A stretch of DNA of 64,000 nt from Takakia lepidozioides (Eukaryota > Plantae > Bryophyta). The position numbers and the translations under genes are program-made. Shown piece by piece: positions 21,924-34,800 of this stretch (position 1 is the stretch's first letter; each line of letters opens with the position of its first letter). The notes under the pieces are model-generated. The model was not told the DNA's origin and searched no databases. It was given only the letters and a program-made list of their open reading frames with translations. Location of the stretch: positions 47,120,001-47,184,000 of the forward strand of contig CM060733.1 of assembly GCA_030704615.1 (NCBI GenBank). Direction: 5' to 3'.

Positions 21924-24900
21924 AGGTAGTTACACCCAAATGTGAGCATTTAAGTAGTGGGGCCCACTCAAAGGGTGCAGTTACACCCAAAATTACACGA
22001 GCGGATTAGCAATTCAACAATGAGTTTGTGATATCAATTGTAAAATTTTGGAATGAGTTGGCTAATTAATATGAATTATCAAAGTCTGCGTACACATCAT
22101 CCCAAATCTGAGCAGTAGAGGGGGCTATGAAGGACACAAGTTGATACTAAAAAAGATTGTGTATGTGGCATGTCTTGCACGAGTTATGCACCTAAACTTA
22201 ACTCCATCGACCAGCTATCAGAGCCCATAAAGACACCTCAAAGCCTGGCCCACTAAAGCAAAAGGGGTATCCTATGGTGTTGAAACCAATTAAAGTGTGT
22301 GACATTAATGAGGCCTGGTCAGCCCAAATTCAACTCCAAAATGTGTCAAACTGAAATTCGTCTCAATGAAAATGTGAGTAGGCGGATAGATAGTATAAAT
22401 CCACCCATGGTGTCGCTCACACCATGTTCTTCCCTAATCTGTCATTTTGTGCACCTAGGTATCTCCTCGATTGAGAGCAACAACTCTAGTCCTCCCGCCA
22501 TTTTTGTGGTCGTCTTCTTCCATGTTGCTCCTCCTTCCCACCACCATGGCCTGCTGCTACAGACCTTTTACTCTATTGCAGGTGGTCCCACTCTTGATTG
22601 ATGCACCCATGGGGGAGAGATGAGGGTGAAACGGCTGCTGTCTTCACCACGCTGCTTGGCCCGACGTTTGGCTATGGCCATTTTTTTTATTGTGCTTGCA
22701 CATGGCTGGAGCCCACCCACAGAATGGGGGGACCCAAGCACCTGGTGAAGATGGAATGTTGTTTTTTATGGCTGCATGTAGGTTATCCCCTGCCTCTGCA
22801 TAGGCCTTCACTGACTAGCGCATGTCGAAGGCTTTCTTAGCTTGACATTCCTCAGCGCGGGCCCGCTTAGCTTCAGCTTGAGTGTTTTTTTCTGCTGCAC
22901 GTTTGGTTTTGGCTGCAAGGGCCTCCTCTTTCTTCCGCTCACGAGCTTTAATGGCCTCCTCTTTTAGGCTAGCTTTTTGTTCCAGAGATGCTAAGTATAC
23001 ATCTGATGTCATGATTGTTGACTTGCTATAGTCTATGATGGGATCGTTGGCATTCAATCTGACCCTCCTATTTGTATGTGCAGGTGCCTCTGGTAGCGTA
23101 AAAAAGCGCGAGATTGAGCTTGGCCTTGGCAGGGATGGCTGGTCCACCACCAACGAGGAGTCATCGTCGACCTCCATGGGCTCCTGACTCGCCCCCACTG
23201 CCTCCTCTTCATCGTCGTCGATGTCATTGGGCTGAACTTGGTCGTCCCCATCATCAACCACCACAAAGTAGTGGTGCTGGTCTTTGGTTGTATCCGACAC
23301 ACAAGTGCCCAATATCTCTTCTACGTGAAGCTTTGAAACCAGATCTTCTTCCTCTGGTTCTAGAGTGGTAGGATGCATGGGGTTTGTGCAGGTCTGCTCT
23401 TCTATTTGGTTTGAGAAACACTTAGATGGACCCATCTTTCCCACCATAGCTTCAGAATTGAGTGGCCAAATGCATGTAGTCTTGAACCCCTTTGCAATAT
23501 TGTGGGGGTTAGCCCCTTCTTCAAGGCAAGTGAGACCCATTGGGCCAGATCTTCCTTGAGAGCTCCTCTCCCCTTGTGAGCCATGGTCCATACATCTCTG
23601 TACTTCCGGAAAGGCTTGAATGGCTTGAACACAACCACATCAAGAGGCTGGAGTGCATGGGAAGTGTGGGAAGGAAGTGTAATCACGTCCAGTCCTACTG
23701 ATCTAGCTTGTTTGACAACATCTATAGTGACATGCGAGTTATGACCATCCAAGATCAGCAAGTGCCTATTTGTGATTGAGATCTCATTGCCCATTGCCTT
23801 TGTTGACTCCAAGAAATGTGAGATCCATTTGTGAAATAATATTGATGTCATCCATGCCTTCCTTTGCATTGCCATTGTAGCACCAGATTCGCATTTGTGA
23901 ATATAATTACGACAAAATCTTGTACCTTTGAAAATGTAGAAGTTCGGAATATAACTTCCTGCAGCGTTCATGCAGGTGAGGACACTCAACCATTCGCGTT
24001 GATCTGGCGTTATCGAATGGACAGCTCTTGAACCAACCTTGGCAAGCACAACAACACCTCCATTTCGCCCAGCTTGGGCCCCTGACTCGTCGCAATTCCA
24101 GATCCTGTTAGCCCCATAGTTATGCTTGTTGTACATTTCTGTCAAGTTAGCATAGAATGTTTGAACATTTTCAGGACATAGTCCCTTGGCCCTTCCACTC
24201 TCAAGTCCTTGAGCTACTTTGAGACTTAGGTGTGGATGTCTAGACCTGAACCATCTCACCCACCCCCAGCCGGGGATCCCTTGTGTGAAAGGTGTGAGCC
24301 GTTGTTGAGTAAGTTCTGCTACCTTGAGAGGAGTTGGGTTAGTGTCAATGGGTGATAAATATCTTGCATTTTTTCAATGTACTTCACTAGTTCATCCTCC
24401 TCCTTGGCATCTAGCGTTCCCTTGCTACCTCTCTTCCTTGTCATAGTAACTCCATACCGATGGTTTCGTAGACTAGTTGCAGGTACCCCAAACATCCGTG
24501 CCGCAGATCTGATGCCGTCCCCACGATCAACAGCTGCCATGGCTCCTTGGAGCTGCACATCAGTCTAGTTCCCGTTTTTATGTGGACGCGGTCCTCTTCT
24601 TGGTCGCCCTCCCGTCCTAGCAGGAACATCTTACTCTCCACATTGAAATTAGCTGGATGTGATGGTCCTTTTGTTGCATGTGTAGTTGTATCGACCATCA
24701 CTTCAGGTGGAAACTCTTTTGTAGATCCATGACCAACTTGAAATTCAACATTGGAATCCTGCCCTTGGTCCCATTGATAATATTGATCACTCTCGTCTTC
24801 ACTTTGACTGCCCTCATTTGCTGCATGTTCAATACGCTCATTGTATGCACGATCAGAGTCACTAGCCTGGCTGTCAATCTCTGCTGTGTTGTCACCCTCA

Positions 24901-25525
24901 TCAACTACCTCAGTGTTTGGCATCAAGAAAGCTTGGGAAAGCCTAAAATCTTGGTCCATGGCTACTGCAGCAAACACACGTCTCTCCTCTGATCTGAATC
25001 CTAGCAACTAAACTAGCAACTATCTTAAGTCTGCACTAAGCCTAAACTGATCCAGGAATCATCTCTAAGCTACGCAGCCCCCTCATGGATCGTGCACTGC
25101 AGTTAGCGAGATATGTGTATCGTAGTCATTCATAGTTTTCAGCGCAAGTTTCAAATGGCCCCCTAAGAATTTCAAATGGGCAGCCTATGAATTTGAATGT
25201 GAGCAGCCGCCCAGCACTGAATAAAAATTACATCGCCGCAAATCTGACCCACTTGGGCCTTCATACAACGTTAATTAAGTTAAGAACGTGTGTACACCAA
25301 AACCTCAGCTTAATAAGATGCAGCCCTAATCAAGTTACACATCGTATAATATTATGTACGCGTATGGTCACGTAACAAATCTACATGTAGAGGAGGATGC
25401 CCATAAGTGCATCCAATCTAGCCCATTGAATGCAGTGTCTCCATTTAAGGGGTATATAAACCCACTTTATGGCCCAAAAATAGGGGTCCATTTCAAGACC
25501 GGCTCATATTTGGGTGTAACTACCT
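21924..25525 (-). mobile_element. pogo-like (Tc1/mariner superfamily, DDE_1) DNA transposon
   Basis: 24-bp TIRs aggtagttacacccaaat(g/a)tgagc at 21924-21947 and 25502-25525, flanked by TA on both sides. Internal transposase relic. Confidence 0.85.
22815..25007 (-). pseudogene. Frameshifted pogo/CENP-B-like transposase
   Basis: Four ORF pieces: HTH GIRSAARMFGVPATSLR, CENP-B-type HTH, and catalytic motifs WNCDESG, LILDGHNSH and HALQPLDVVVFKPFK. Several frameshifts. Confidence 0.85.
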
Positions 25526-25621
25526 TAATGGTTACACAACAAGGATGAGGCCCAAACAAAATCATATGTAGGAGAAAACCTCATTCAATGGAAGGTTGTG
25601 GACTTTCATGGAAAGTTGGTT

Positions 25622-27451
25622 GCTCATCATACTACACCCATGCAAAAGATGGGATTTAATAATAATAATAATAAAATGAACTTTCAATGTTTGCTACTTT
25701 GGCCTACTTCACACGAAGAGTGTAGGAAGTTGAAAAGAAACTAAAGCTTGAGTGCCCTCACGCTAGACCACATGTGGTTTGTGGTCTACATGATTTTAGT
25801 TGGACTTCAAACTTTGCATGCACCCGATGCATGTTGTCGTTAAGCTTGGGAAACAAGAACGGAGTGAAAAAAAAATCGTTTAGATCTCTAAACATAGCAC
25901 CTAATTATACTCTAGTTGTGGACCTTTTGTGGAACCTAAATGAACATTTTTGGACTTAAGTGAATACTCGTGGATAGGATATACACCATTGTGGACTTTC
26001 AAGATTTTGGATTCTGCATGGAAAATAATGGAAATGGCTGGAAAACTTTAATACCCACTTTGGACACTTTTGGAAGGCGAGGGTACTACCCGGGAGGCAG
26101 CGGGGACAAGGAGGGTCCAGTGGGGGCCAGAACCCAGGCCCTAAATGACTTTAAATACAAAACATGACCCTATCTTCATGAATTAACATGGGTAGTTCAG
26201 TGGTTAGGAGTAGTCATTGGGGCTTCATAGAGCAGGGGTTGAATTCCCCTTCCCGCTCTCCCCCTCAACGCTAGTACTTTTTTTTTTTCTCTTAAAGAGA
26301 AAAACAAATCTCTACTACATCCACACACCGTGTTTTCTAGTTTCTACCTGTGTGTTGAATTTGGCATGCACTGGAGCTATAGGCAATGGCAAGAGAGGCT
26401 CGAATTCCCACCACACTTTTTCGTGAAGTACACACTTGCAAATCTACATATAAGCCCCCCACCTCCCCTTGCTGCTCCCTCTCTCTCTCTCTAGAAAAAC
26501 TGAGATTGAGGGTGACTGAGCGGGATAGGCACATGGAAACTAAGAGACTGAGAGGCTGAAAACAAATATGCAGAAAAGAGACCCTACCACACCACTCTGG
26601 TTGTACCCATATTCACCCTATTCCCAACAACTGAATCGTGATCCCCATCAGCCATTCATGAACATCAGCCTTGTCTTCAATCGTTATACTAATGAAACAT
26701 CACAATCTACTGTCCGTATATGGCGCCTTCCCTCATGACGCTGGCAGACTTCAGAGTTTAAATATTCCAAGACACCCAATCTACATGAGCAGCTGGTCAT
26801 GAGGTCGAGATGAACTGAACCCCCACATCTGAAGCCTTACCCAAATATGACACCGAAGCAGGACTGTAGGTTAGTTTTCCCACTATCTACTCATGGTTTA
26901 AAACTGAAAACAAATGCAGTAAGCAAGAATTTGATCAGGAAATGAGCTGCCGCTGCTCATAGACAACGATCCTTCATCACTCAAATACCAATTGCTACCT
27001 ATGGTAGCTTTCCTGAGCTAGAGCTCGAGCCAACCGTGTAATCTCCCAAATCCCAATGCCAAAACCATGCAACCAGTGCCCTAATGTCAACTGGAAATTA
27101 GTTACACCATCTTGGCTCGTAATCAATCACTACATGCTGCCGCATCAACTAAGTATCAAGGATGAAAAGAACAGCTGCCTCACTAGATGGAAACCCATCT
27201 TCAAGGAATCAAAACATAACCCATGGATCAGTCTCCCTTGCTTCAGTTCATAGTTAATTGCTGCAGACCAACCAGCCCATCTACCGAGAGTATAGCCGCA
27301 CCAAGGATGATTGACCTAAAGTGAAGATGCCCCAAATTAGTGACAACGATAATACCCATGGAATCGACCAGCCATCAGCCACAAGTTGCAGCACTTAGAC
27401 CTGAATGCCCATCATCATCAGTTACCCCAAACAACCACCTTCATCTTCCTT
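25622..27451 (-). repeat. Right arm of the long inverted repeat, with ~740 bp extra sequence (26441-27178) absent from the left arm
   Basis: Reverse complement of 20817-21920 in two blocks. Confidence 0.9.
26190..26256 (+). other. Degenerate tRNA-derived (SINE-head-like) sequence; mirror copy at ~21284-21349 (-)
   Basis: A-box-like tagttcagtggttagga and B-box-like ggggttgaattcc / ggggtcgaacttc. The left-arm copy has attGTGgc at the anticodon position. Stems are imperfect. Confidence 0.4.
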
Positions 27452-28141
27452 CAATAACAATTATCATCTCAGGTTCACACCGCTCCATGGAGCCTCCTTC
27501 TCACCATCAAATCGACTACGTCCTCCGAACCTCTCTCTCAACTATCTTATCTCCCACTACAATGCCAAAGAAAAAAAGTCTAGATTGCCTGAAGCACCAG
27601 GTTTAAATCCTATCCAACATCTACCCTGCTGCCGCCAAAGCTTCCCGCCATGCCTTGGCCTCCATATCTAGAAAGCTGCAGAAGCTGCGAAGAATCAAAC
27701 TTATGTCATAACTCAGCCGAAACTACATAAAAGCTACGAGCTGCCAGGCATCAATTGCATACCAGTCCATTGCTTACATCAAACCTGGATTTTGTTGCAT
27801 GTCACCCCAGTCCCCCTTTCCAATAAGAAAGGCCCTGCAGCAAATGATGACCTGAGAGGCAAAGCTCTTTGTTGGTACAATTGTGTGAACCAACAATGCA
27901 GCTGCACCCAAGTGGGGCTTGAACCCACTCGCATGCTTGCAGGGTGAAAGGTGCACGGGGCAAACTGCAAGTACTATGGCCTGCTGCTCGCCAAGGCCAT
28001 GGTACTTGCCCCCCCTATAACATGCAAAGTATGGATGCAATGGATGCAAGACCGAGCAAATGGATGCAATGGAAATGCCCACCCCCCCCAAAATCCCCAC
28101 AATGCAGAATGTATGCAAGGAACGTCTTGTATCTTATGTAG

Positions 28142-29950
28142 CTAGTCATTGCCAGAATCCAAAGCTGCAATTGCAGCCCTTATCCCTTCTTCAGCATATT
28201 CAGGCAATTTGTAAACCGGATCATTCCCTGCAACCCTGTAGTCGCATGGCAGCATAGGAAACTTGATGGCACGCACATGTTCAGAGTGCAGAAAGACCAC
28301 TTGTGATTTTTTCAGAAATACATACGTGTCTTCCGCTCTCCCCCACTTCTGGTAATACTTTCTTGCAATTACCATGTCCCCGTCTACAACGAAGTGCCCC
28401 ATGCATCAGTGAATGGCTTCTTCACTGCATGGAGAGCCCGACTACAACAAATGATGTTAAAGGTCTACCTGCTCATCATTGTTTTCCTCAGCATTGACTG
28501 CGAAATTGTCTCCAATTTCAATGAGGGATGCCAAATAATCACCATTGATGCCAAACTGGTCCCAATCCTCATCTGCATCTTTCTCCATGGCATGCCTGAC
28601 ATTTGCAGTGTTCTTCGGGGTCAAGATCTGCAACTCCCATTCACCAGTCCATGCAACATTCTCACAATTGTTCCATGCTGAGTCAATAAGTAAGTAAGTA
28701 TGACGCCTCCCGAAGGGAGCGTAACTTATGGTGTCACTTCACCACAAGGGCTACCTGCCTTCCAGCTGAAAGGTGGACACCTTCATGACACACCAGACCG
28801 TGGTTTGAACCCACAACCACATCCAACGTGGTATGTGCCCATTACCACTGGGCTACATGCTGGTTGTCTGCTGAGTCAATACAGAAACAACAGAAGCAAG
28901 CCAACCCTTTTATCATGAGTTTGTTAGTATCGCGACTGGCAACAGATCTGACTGAATGTAGTTTCTTGATTCCCTTGATAACATCACAGTCATGCAGTGA
29001 ACGACGGTTGATATCCTCTTTTTACATCCCAGAAAACTCGACGGACATAAGATCTCTGCCAGTAGGAAAACTCTGGTCTTGAGGACAACCGTTCTCTCAA
29101 AAATCTTACAACATCCTCCGCATTTTGCAGCTTCGGGCCTGAGACATCTAGCTGTGCAGTACGTAGGTATCTTTTGACAACTGCACCTGCTCCATTATGA
29201 GGGCCCTTGCCGTGCCCTGTACCAAAGAAGCTCCAAAGCAAAGTGCAACCCCCCGTGAGATGAGGGTACCTGCTGACTTTGGACTTGAATTGAGAAGAAC
29301 ACCCATCACTCATATCCAATGTTGTGATGGACGAAACAAGGTAGTGGTTACATGCTGCCAATGCAGCTGCAACCAATGTTGAACAAAGTAGTTGTCATGT
29401 GTTTTGTCGTCCGAGATAAAAAATGGTATTCCATCAAGCTATCAGAGCCAGGGCCACTCAAATTTGGGTTAGGATTTCGACGCCAGGTTATTAAGACCAA
29501 GATTGTAATCTGGTAAGAATGCCAGTGCATGCTTTGCACTTCATTCTGAATTTCAAAACTGTAATTTTCCGCAAAATCGACCACTGAAACCAATACGACA
29601 GCAGGAAAATTCTTCAAGCACTCTTTGAACTGTCTGTCTTCCCACTGAGCAACAAAATTATGACGAATGAAGAACTGAAGTTTAGGCTTCAAATACCGAA
29701 TAAGCTCGTGAGGTGGAGTCCGCTTGTAGAGGAGGGTGAGTTTCTTTCTTTCTTCTCCTTTCTTTGTCAAGATTGTTTGTAAAGAGAAGTGCCTCCACTG
29801 CACTAGGTGCTATGATGAATCATCATGCTCAAGAGGGCACAGAGATAGGTTTTCAACACCACAAGCTTGGCACTCTCCATACATGCACTCTTTCCTGTGC
29901 CAATCACTATACTCATCTTTTGGGCATACCACTGACTCCCACATATGAGT
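28142..29950 (-). pseudogene. Decayed Sola2-like DDD transposase (core and C-terminus)
   Basis: CPKDEYSDWHRKECMYGECQACG, VDFAENYSFEIQNEVQSMHWHSYQITIL, SDGCSSQFKSK, WSFFGTGHGKGPHNGAGAVVKR. Frameshifts are present and the third catalytic D reads N. Confidence 0.65.
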
Positions 29951-30049
29951 AACCCTCGAAAAAGTATATAGAGCACCTCTGCAGCCCTGTACAACATCCG
30001 GCTGACATATATATTCACATTCACAATCACATGATCCATTACAATGGAT

Positions 30050-33000
30050 ACCTGTGTAATTTCCTATGTATCCAAATGCCTCTCCTATGTCGAGGCCCCT
30101 CTAAGCCCAAGTGCAATCTTCTATTCATGTATCCAAGTGCATCTTCCATGTAGAGGCCCAAGTGTCCATTGTCATGTAACTTGCCAAAGTGCAATATCCT
30201 ATGTATCCACGTACGTCTCTCATGTCAAGGCCCAATTTATTTTTTCCATTAATTTGTTGAGTAGTAATATATCCATTAATTATTGATATATCTCCCGTCA
30301 AGGCTCCGAGGAAAGCCCACTTTGCTATTTTTCCCGAATTTCCAGCGACCAGAAGTACTTGAAATGACACATCTCCCACACCGTAGGTCCAAAAATCATG
30401 GTACCAAGCCGGTGCACCCCTCCTCATCAAGGGCTTTCCAATGGTACCAAGCAACCGGGGGGGGGGGGGGGGGGGGGCAGCAAATTGGGACATCTCAATG
30501 CTACAAAACAAAACAAAACAAAAAAATTGGCTTCTTTCATATATTGACTAGGGTGGCCTGTGCTGTTGGCCCAAGTGTCCAGTGTCAACTAATTAGTATA
30601 AGTGCAATCCCCGATGTATCCAAGTGCGTCTCCTATGTCGAGGCCCAAGTGCGACCTAAAGTGTAGCCTATGCCATTGGCCCATGTGTGAAGAATTGAAA
30701 TCTAAGACCAAGTGCAATTTCCTATGTATCCAAGTGTGTCTCCTAGGTCAAGGCCCTCTAAGCCCAAGTACAATCTTCTATTCATATGTCTAAGTGCATC
30801 TCCCATGTAGAGGCCCAAGTGTCCAGTGTCATCTAAGCCTAAGTGCAGTCTCCTATGTATTCAAGGGCGTCTCCTATGTCGAGGCCCATCTAAGCCCAGT
30901 GTGCAATCTCCTATGTCATCTAAATCCAAATGCATTTATTTTCCACGCCAGATTTGAACCGGAGACCTTTCCCTTGATATCTCTCCGGATCCTGTCGAGG
31001 CTCCAACCATTGTCCCATGAAGCCCACTTTGCTATTTTTCGTGAATTTCCAGCGACCAAAAGTACTTGAAATTCCACATCCACATCTCCCACACTGCAAG
31101 TCCAAAAATCATGAGATCAAGTCGGTGCACCCCTCCTCATCAAAGGCTTTCCAACAGTACCAAGCACCAAGGCTGGGCCCCGCGGTTTGGGACATCTCAA
31201 CGAGACAAAACAAAACAAAACAAACAAACAAACAAACAAACAAACTAGCTTCCTTCATATATTGATAGGTAATGTCAACTCATTCCACTATTTCCCTTTG
31301 AGAAGCAGATGATCTAGAAATGGGGTTGTCAGCACCACCCAACATGCTCTAGTTGGCTTGAACACTCCCGCTCCGCAAGCTCCCATTTCGCAAGCTCCCA
31401 TTTCGTAAGCTCCCGCTTTGCAAGTTCCTACTGTGCATGCTCTTGCCCCATTTGCCACTACCCGGCCCTTGTATCTCAGGGACCCCAACAGACACCATGG
31501 CCTAGAATGTTGTGTCTGGTTCCCTTCATTTTTCCCCTGTCCCTAAGCTCTGGGACTAGTGTTCAAAGACCTGCTGCAGTGAAATATGCCCACATTGTGA
31601 TTGATGACTCGACCCTAGCTCCTAATCCCTCTGCTGCAACTATAATTGTCCCAGAGCTGTGATACAGGGATAGAATTAATCACATCATACTGATTAGTGT
31701 CCCCGTCAATGCATGTTGAGGTCTGGTACCCCACTCTCACTCAATTCTGCCTTACCCACTGGGAGGCTAGATTCTCCAGGATCACAAACTTTCACCATGA
31801 CAGTCTCTCTCTACTTGGATCCTCGCGAAGAAGACCGTGTTTGTCTCGATTTGCTCTCTTTCTGTTCGTTTCAAAGGTCTAGGAGTGTTTATTTGTTGTA
31901 CGACGGCTTCTTACTTAGGAAATCACAATAAACTTTGATAAGCACCACCCCCTTAATGCTCCTCCTTTCGGTTTGTCACTTCAAATAAAGGGAGACTATC
32001 ATGCAGTTTGTCTTATTTGTTGCACTTGACCAGATATGGAGAGAGAAGAGAGAGAGGAATGGCTTCATCCATCCGCCATTTTTGACCAATGGTGTTGAAT
32101 AGATTGATCCTGTGCATTAGGCCACGCCGTGACGTGTTTAAAATTAATGTAATGCCACATAAACCTTGAGAGATAACAAGGGAAATGTCTCCGGTTCAAA
32201 TCTGGTCGTAGGCTCTATGGAAAAAAGATGCAATTGGACTTAGATGACATTGGACCCTTGGGCTAACATCAGAGGCTACCCTAGAGGTCGCACTTGGGCC
32301 TCGACATAGGAGACGCACTTGCATACATAGGAGATTGCACTAGGGCTTAGATGACACTTGACACTTGGGCCAATGGCACAGGCTACCCTAGAGACGGGAG
32401 ATACATCAATAATGATAGGATATATTACTACTCAATAAATTCATGGAAAAAAATTAATCGGGCCTTGACATGGGAGACGTATTTGGATACATAGGAGATT
32501 GCACAATAGGCTTAGATGGGCCTCGACATGGGAGACGCACATGGGAGATGCCTTTGGATACATAGGAGCTAACACACTTGGATACATAGGAGATTGCATA
32601 CTAGATGGGCCTCGACATGGGAGACGCACATGGGAGATGCCTTTGGATACATAGGAGACACACTTGGATACATAGGAGATTGCACTTGGCTCCAACCATT
32701 GTCCCAGGAATTCCCACTTTGCTATTTTTCCGGAATTTCCAGCGACCCAAAGTACTTGAAATTCCACATCTCCCACACCGCAGGTCCAAAAATCGTGAGA
32801 CCAAGCCCGTGCACCCCTCCTCGTTGAGGGCTTTCCAACGGGACCAAGCACCAGGGCTACTTCACATTAATGCGCTATCTATCAACATATGTTGTATTGT
32901 ATTGATGGAATGAGCTAGTGTAAATGCTAAGTGAAGTGGCTCTTAGTTACACTGGCTTTGGCTGGAGTGTTTTATCTCTCATTAGAAACTCTATTCCTGA

Positions 33001-34800
33001 TAAAAATATCTTTTAATAGAATGACGAATAAAAAATATCCAAATAAAATCCTCAAATAATGATAAAATTAGTTGTATATTAGATGAAAAAAATTGTCTGC
33101 TAATTAATATAGGGTAGCCTATGCCGTTGGCCCAAGTGTCTAGTGTCAAGTGTAAGATCTTCTATTATCACAATGCGTCTCCTATGTCGAGGCCCAAGTG
33201 TGACCTCTAGTGTAGCCTATGCCATTGGCCCATGTGTGAAGAATTGAAATCTTTACATCGTACTGAAACGTAGCGAGACGCTTCCGAGTGATATCTTTTG
33301 CATTAGGACTGACTCGTGTTTGGGACACCCACCAAGAGACCACAACATCCCTCGTTGCAACTGAAATTGTATCACGTCTCGTCTTCCTTATAGGCAAACT
33401 CCACATGAATCCTTTGCGAGCAGATGCCATATCCTCGCGGCGTGCTACTGCCGCGCTTATATTACGGGGATGAACAACTAACAGAGATGCCGTAGATCTA
33501 TACGAGGAACCACACCCATTGTTAACCACTGCTGTTAGTAGTGCATGCTTGCTCGCTAATTTGCCTGCGGAGTTAGGGTTTTTAATCTCAGCCACATAAG
33601 AGATTGCACTTGGGTTTAAATGACAGTGGACACTAGGGTCTCTACACGGGAGATGCACTTGGATATATAAAAGATTGCACTTGGGCTTAGATGGACCTCG
33701 ACATAGGAAACGCACTAGGATACATAGGAAATTTGTCGCGCACCTCATTTCGGTAAGCTCCCCTTCATGTCATAGTTACTCGCTTTGATGTGCGTGCCTA
33801 ACTCCCAAACTGGCCGCCGGGCCAACTCGGAGCTTCGGCTGCTCACCGGGACATAACGGTCCCCCTTTGCTCCTCCACAAGACCCTTGCTCACTTTGGGC
33901 CTAGTGGAAATTCCCTTTGGTTCTTGGCAGTCTGGAACAGCTCCCCACACATTGGTCGCTTTCCGGCTCACACGCTTACTCACTAGTTTTTGGTCACCAA
34001 CGGGCTTGCACCGTTCTCAGGGTTACTACTCCCTATATATACTTCTGTGACTGTCCGCGGGGGTTTCACAAACAACCCAATAATTTTATGGCGAACCACC
34101 ACGAAGACCCTCGATTCCCGGTGATGAGTCGCGATGAGTCTTGGCCCACCCACCACGGCCCCATTGGACTGTGATGAGTCCCAAGACTCCCCACGACTCC
34201 CGCCACAAGGTCTCTGCCCCATGGTGAGTCCTATGTCACCCCCACTAAGACCCACTAAGCTACCACCACCCCTCGTGGAACCACCCCCCACCGCAACCCG
34301 GTGTGCGGGGCTCAACCTAGTGAGCGCCTCCGCCTCCTTGAGTGCCTTGGGCACTCGAGGGTGCTTCAGCCCCCGTACCTATTGTTGCCACTGCCCCCAC
34401 CACAGGGGCAGCCCCTTTTGTGTCCCGACCCCCTGCCCTCAAGGCAAAGGGCCGCGACAAAATTGCACTTGGTCTTAGATTTCAATTATTCACACATCGG
34501 CCAGCGGCACAAGTTATAGTAGAGGTCGACTTGGGCCTCGACATATGAGACGCATTTGGATACATAGGAGATTGCACATGGGCTTAGATGACCCTGGGCC
34601 AACGGCTCAGGCTACCCTAGTCAATATATGAAGGAAGCCAATTTGTTTAATTTGTTTTGTTTTGTCACGTTGAGATGTCCCAAACCGCAAGGCCCCAGCC
34701 CTGGTGCTTGGTACCATTGGAAAACCCTCGACGAGGAGGGGTGCACGGGCTTGGTCTTATGATTTTTGGACCTGCGGTGTGGGAGATGTGGAATTGTACC
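30050..34800. repeat. Patchwork of modular 21-25-bp repeats and a ~170-250-bp dispersed repeat in both orientations
   Basis: Modules aagtgcaatctcctatgtatcc / aagtgcgtctcctatgtcgaggccc in + (30050-30910, 33110-33240) and - (32240-32690, 33590-33730, 34460-34620; also 36660-36770). The block cccactttgctatttt...ccaagcacc recurs at ~30315, ~31023, ~32712 and inverted at ~34690-34795. Confidence 0.8.
33255..33590 (-). pseudogene. Probable N-terminal fragment of the Sola2-like transposase
   Basis: KHALLTAVV...WSLPIRKTRRDTISVATRDVVVSWWVSQTRVSPNAKDITRKRL lies on the same strand, upstream of the core fragment. Assignment is by recalled similarity only. Confidence 0.4.

Noticed and set aside
21922-25527. 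PIF/Harbinger assignment via TAA/TTA flanks
   Set aside because: The 3-bp flanks are not identical, TA is duplicated exactly, and the protein is pogo/DDE_1-type.
33740-34455. Possible retroelement gag fragment
   Set aside because: GC-rich and coding-like, but no diagnostic motif could be confirmed.
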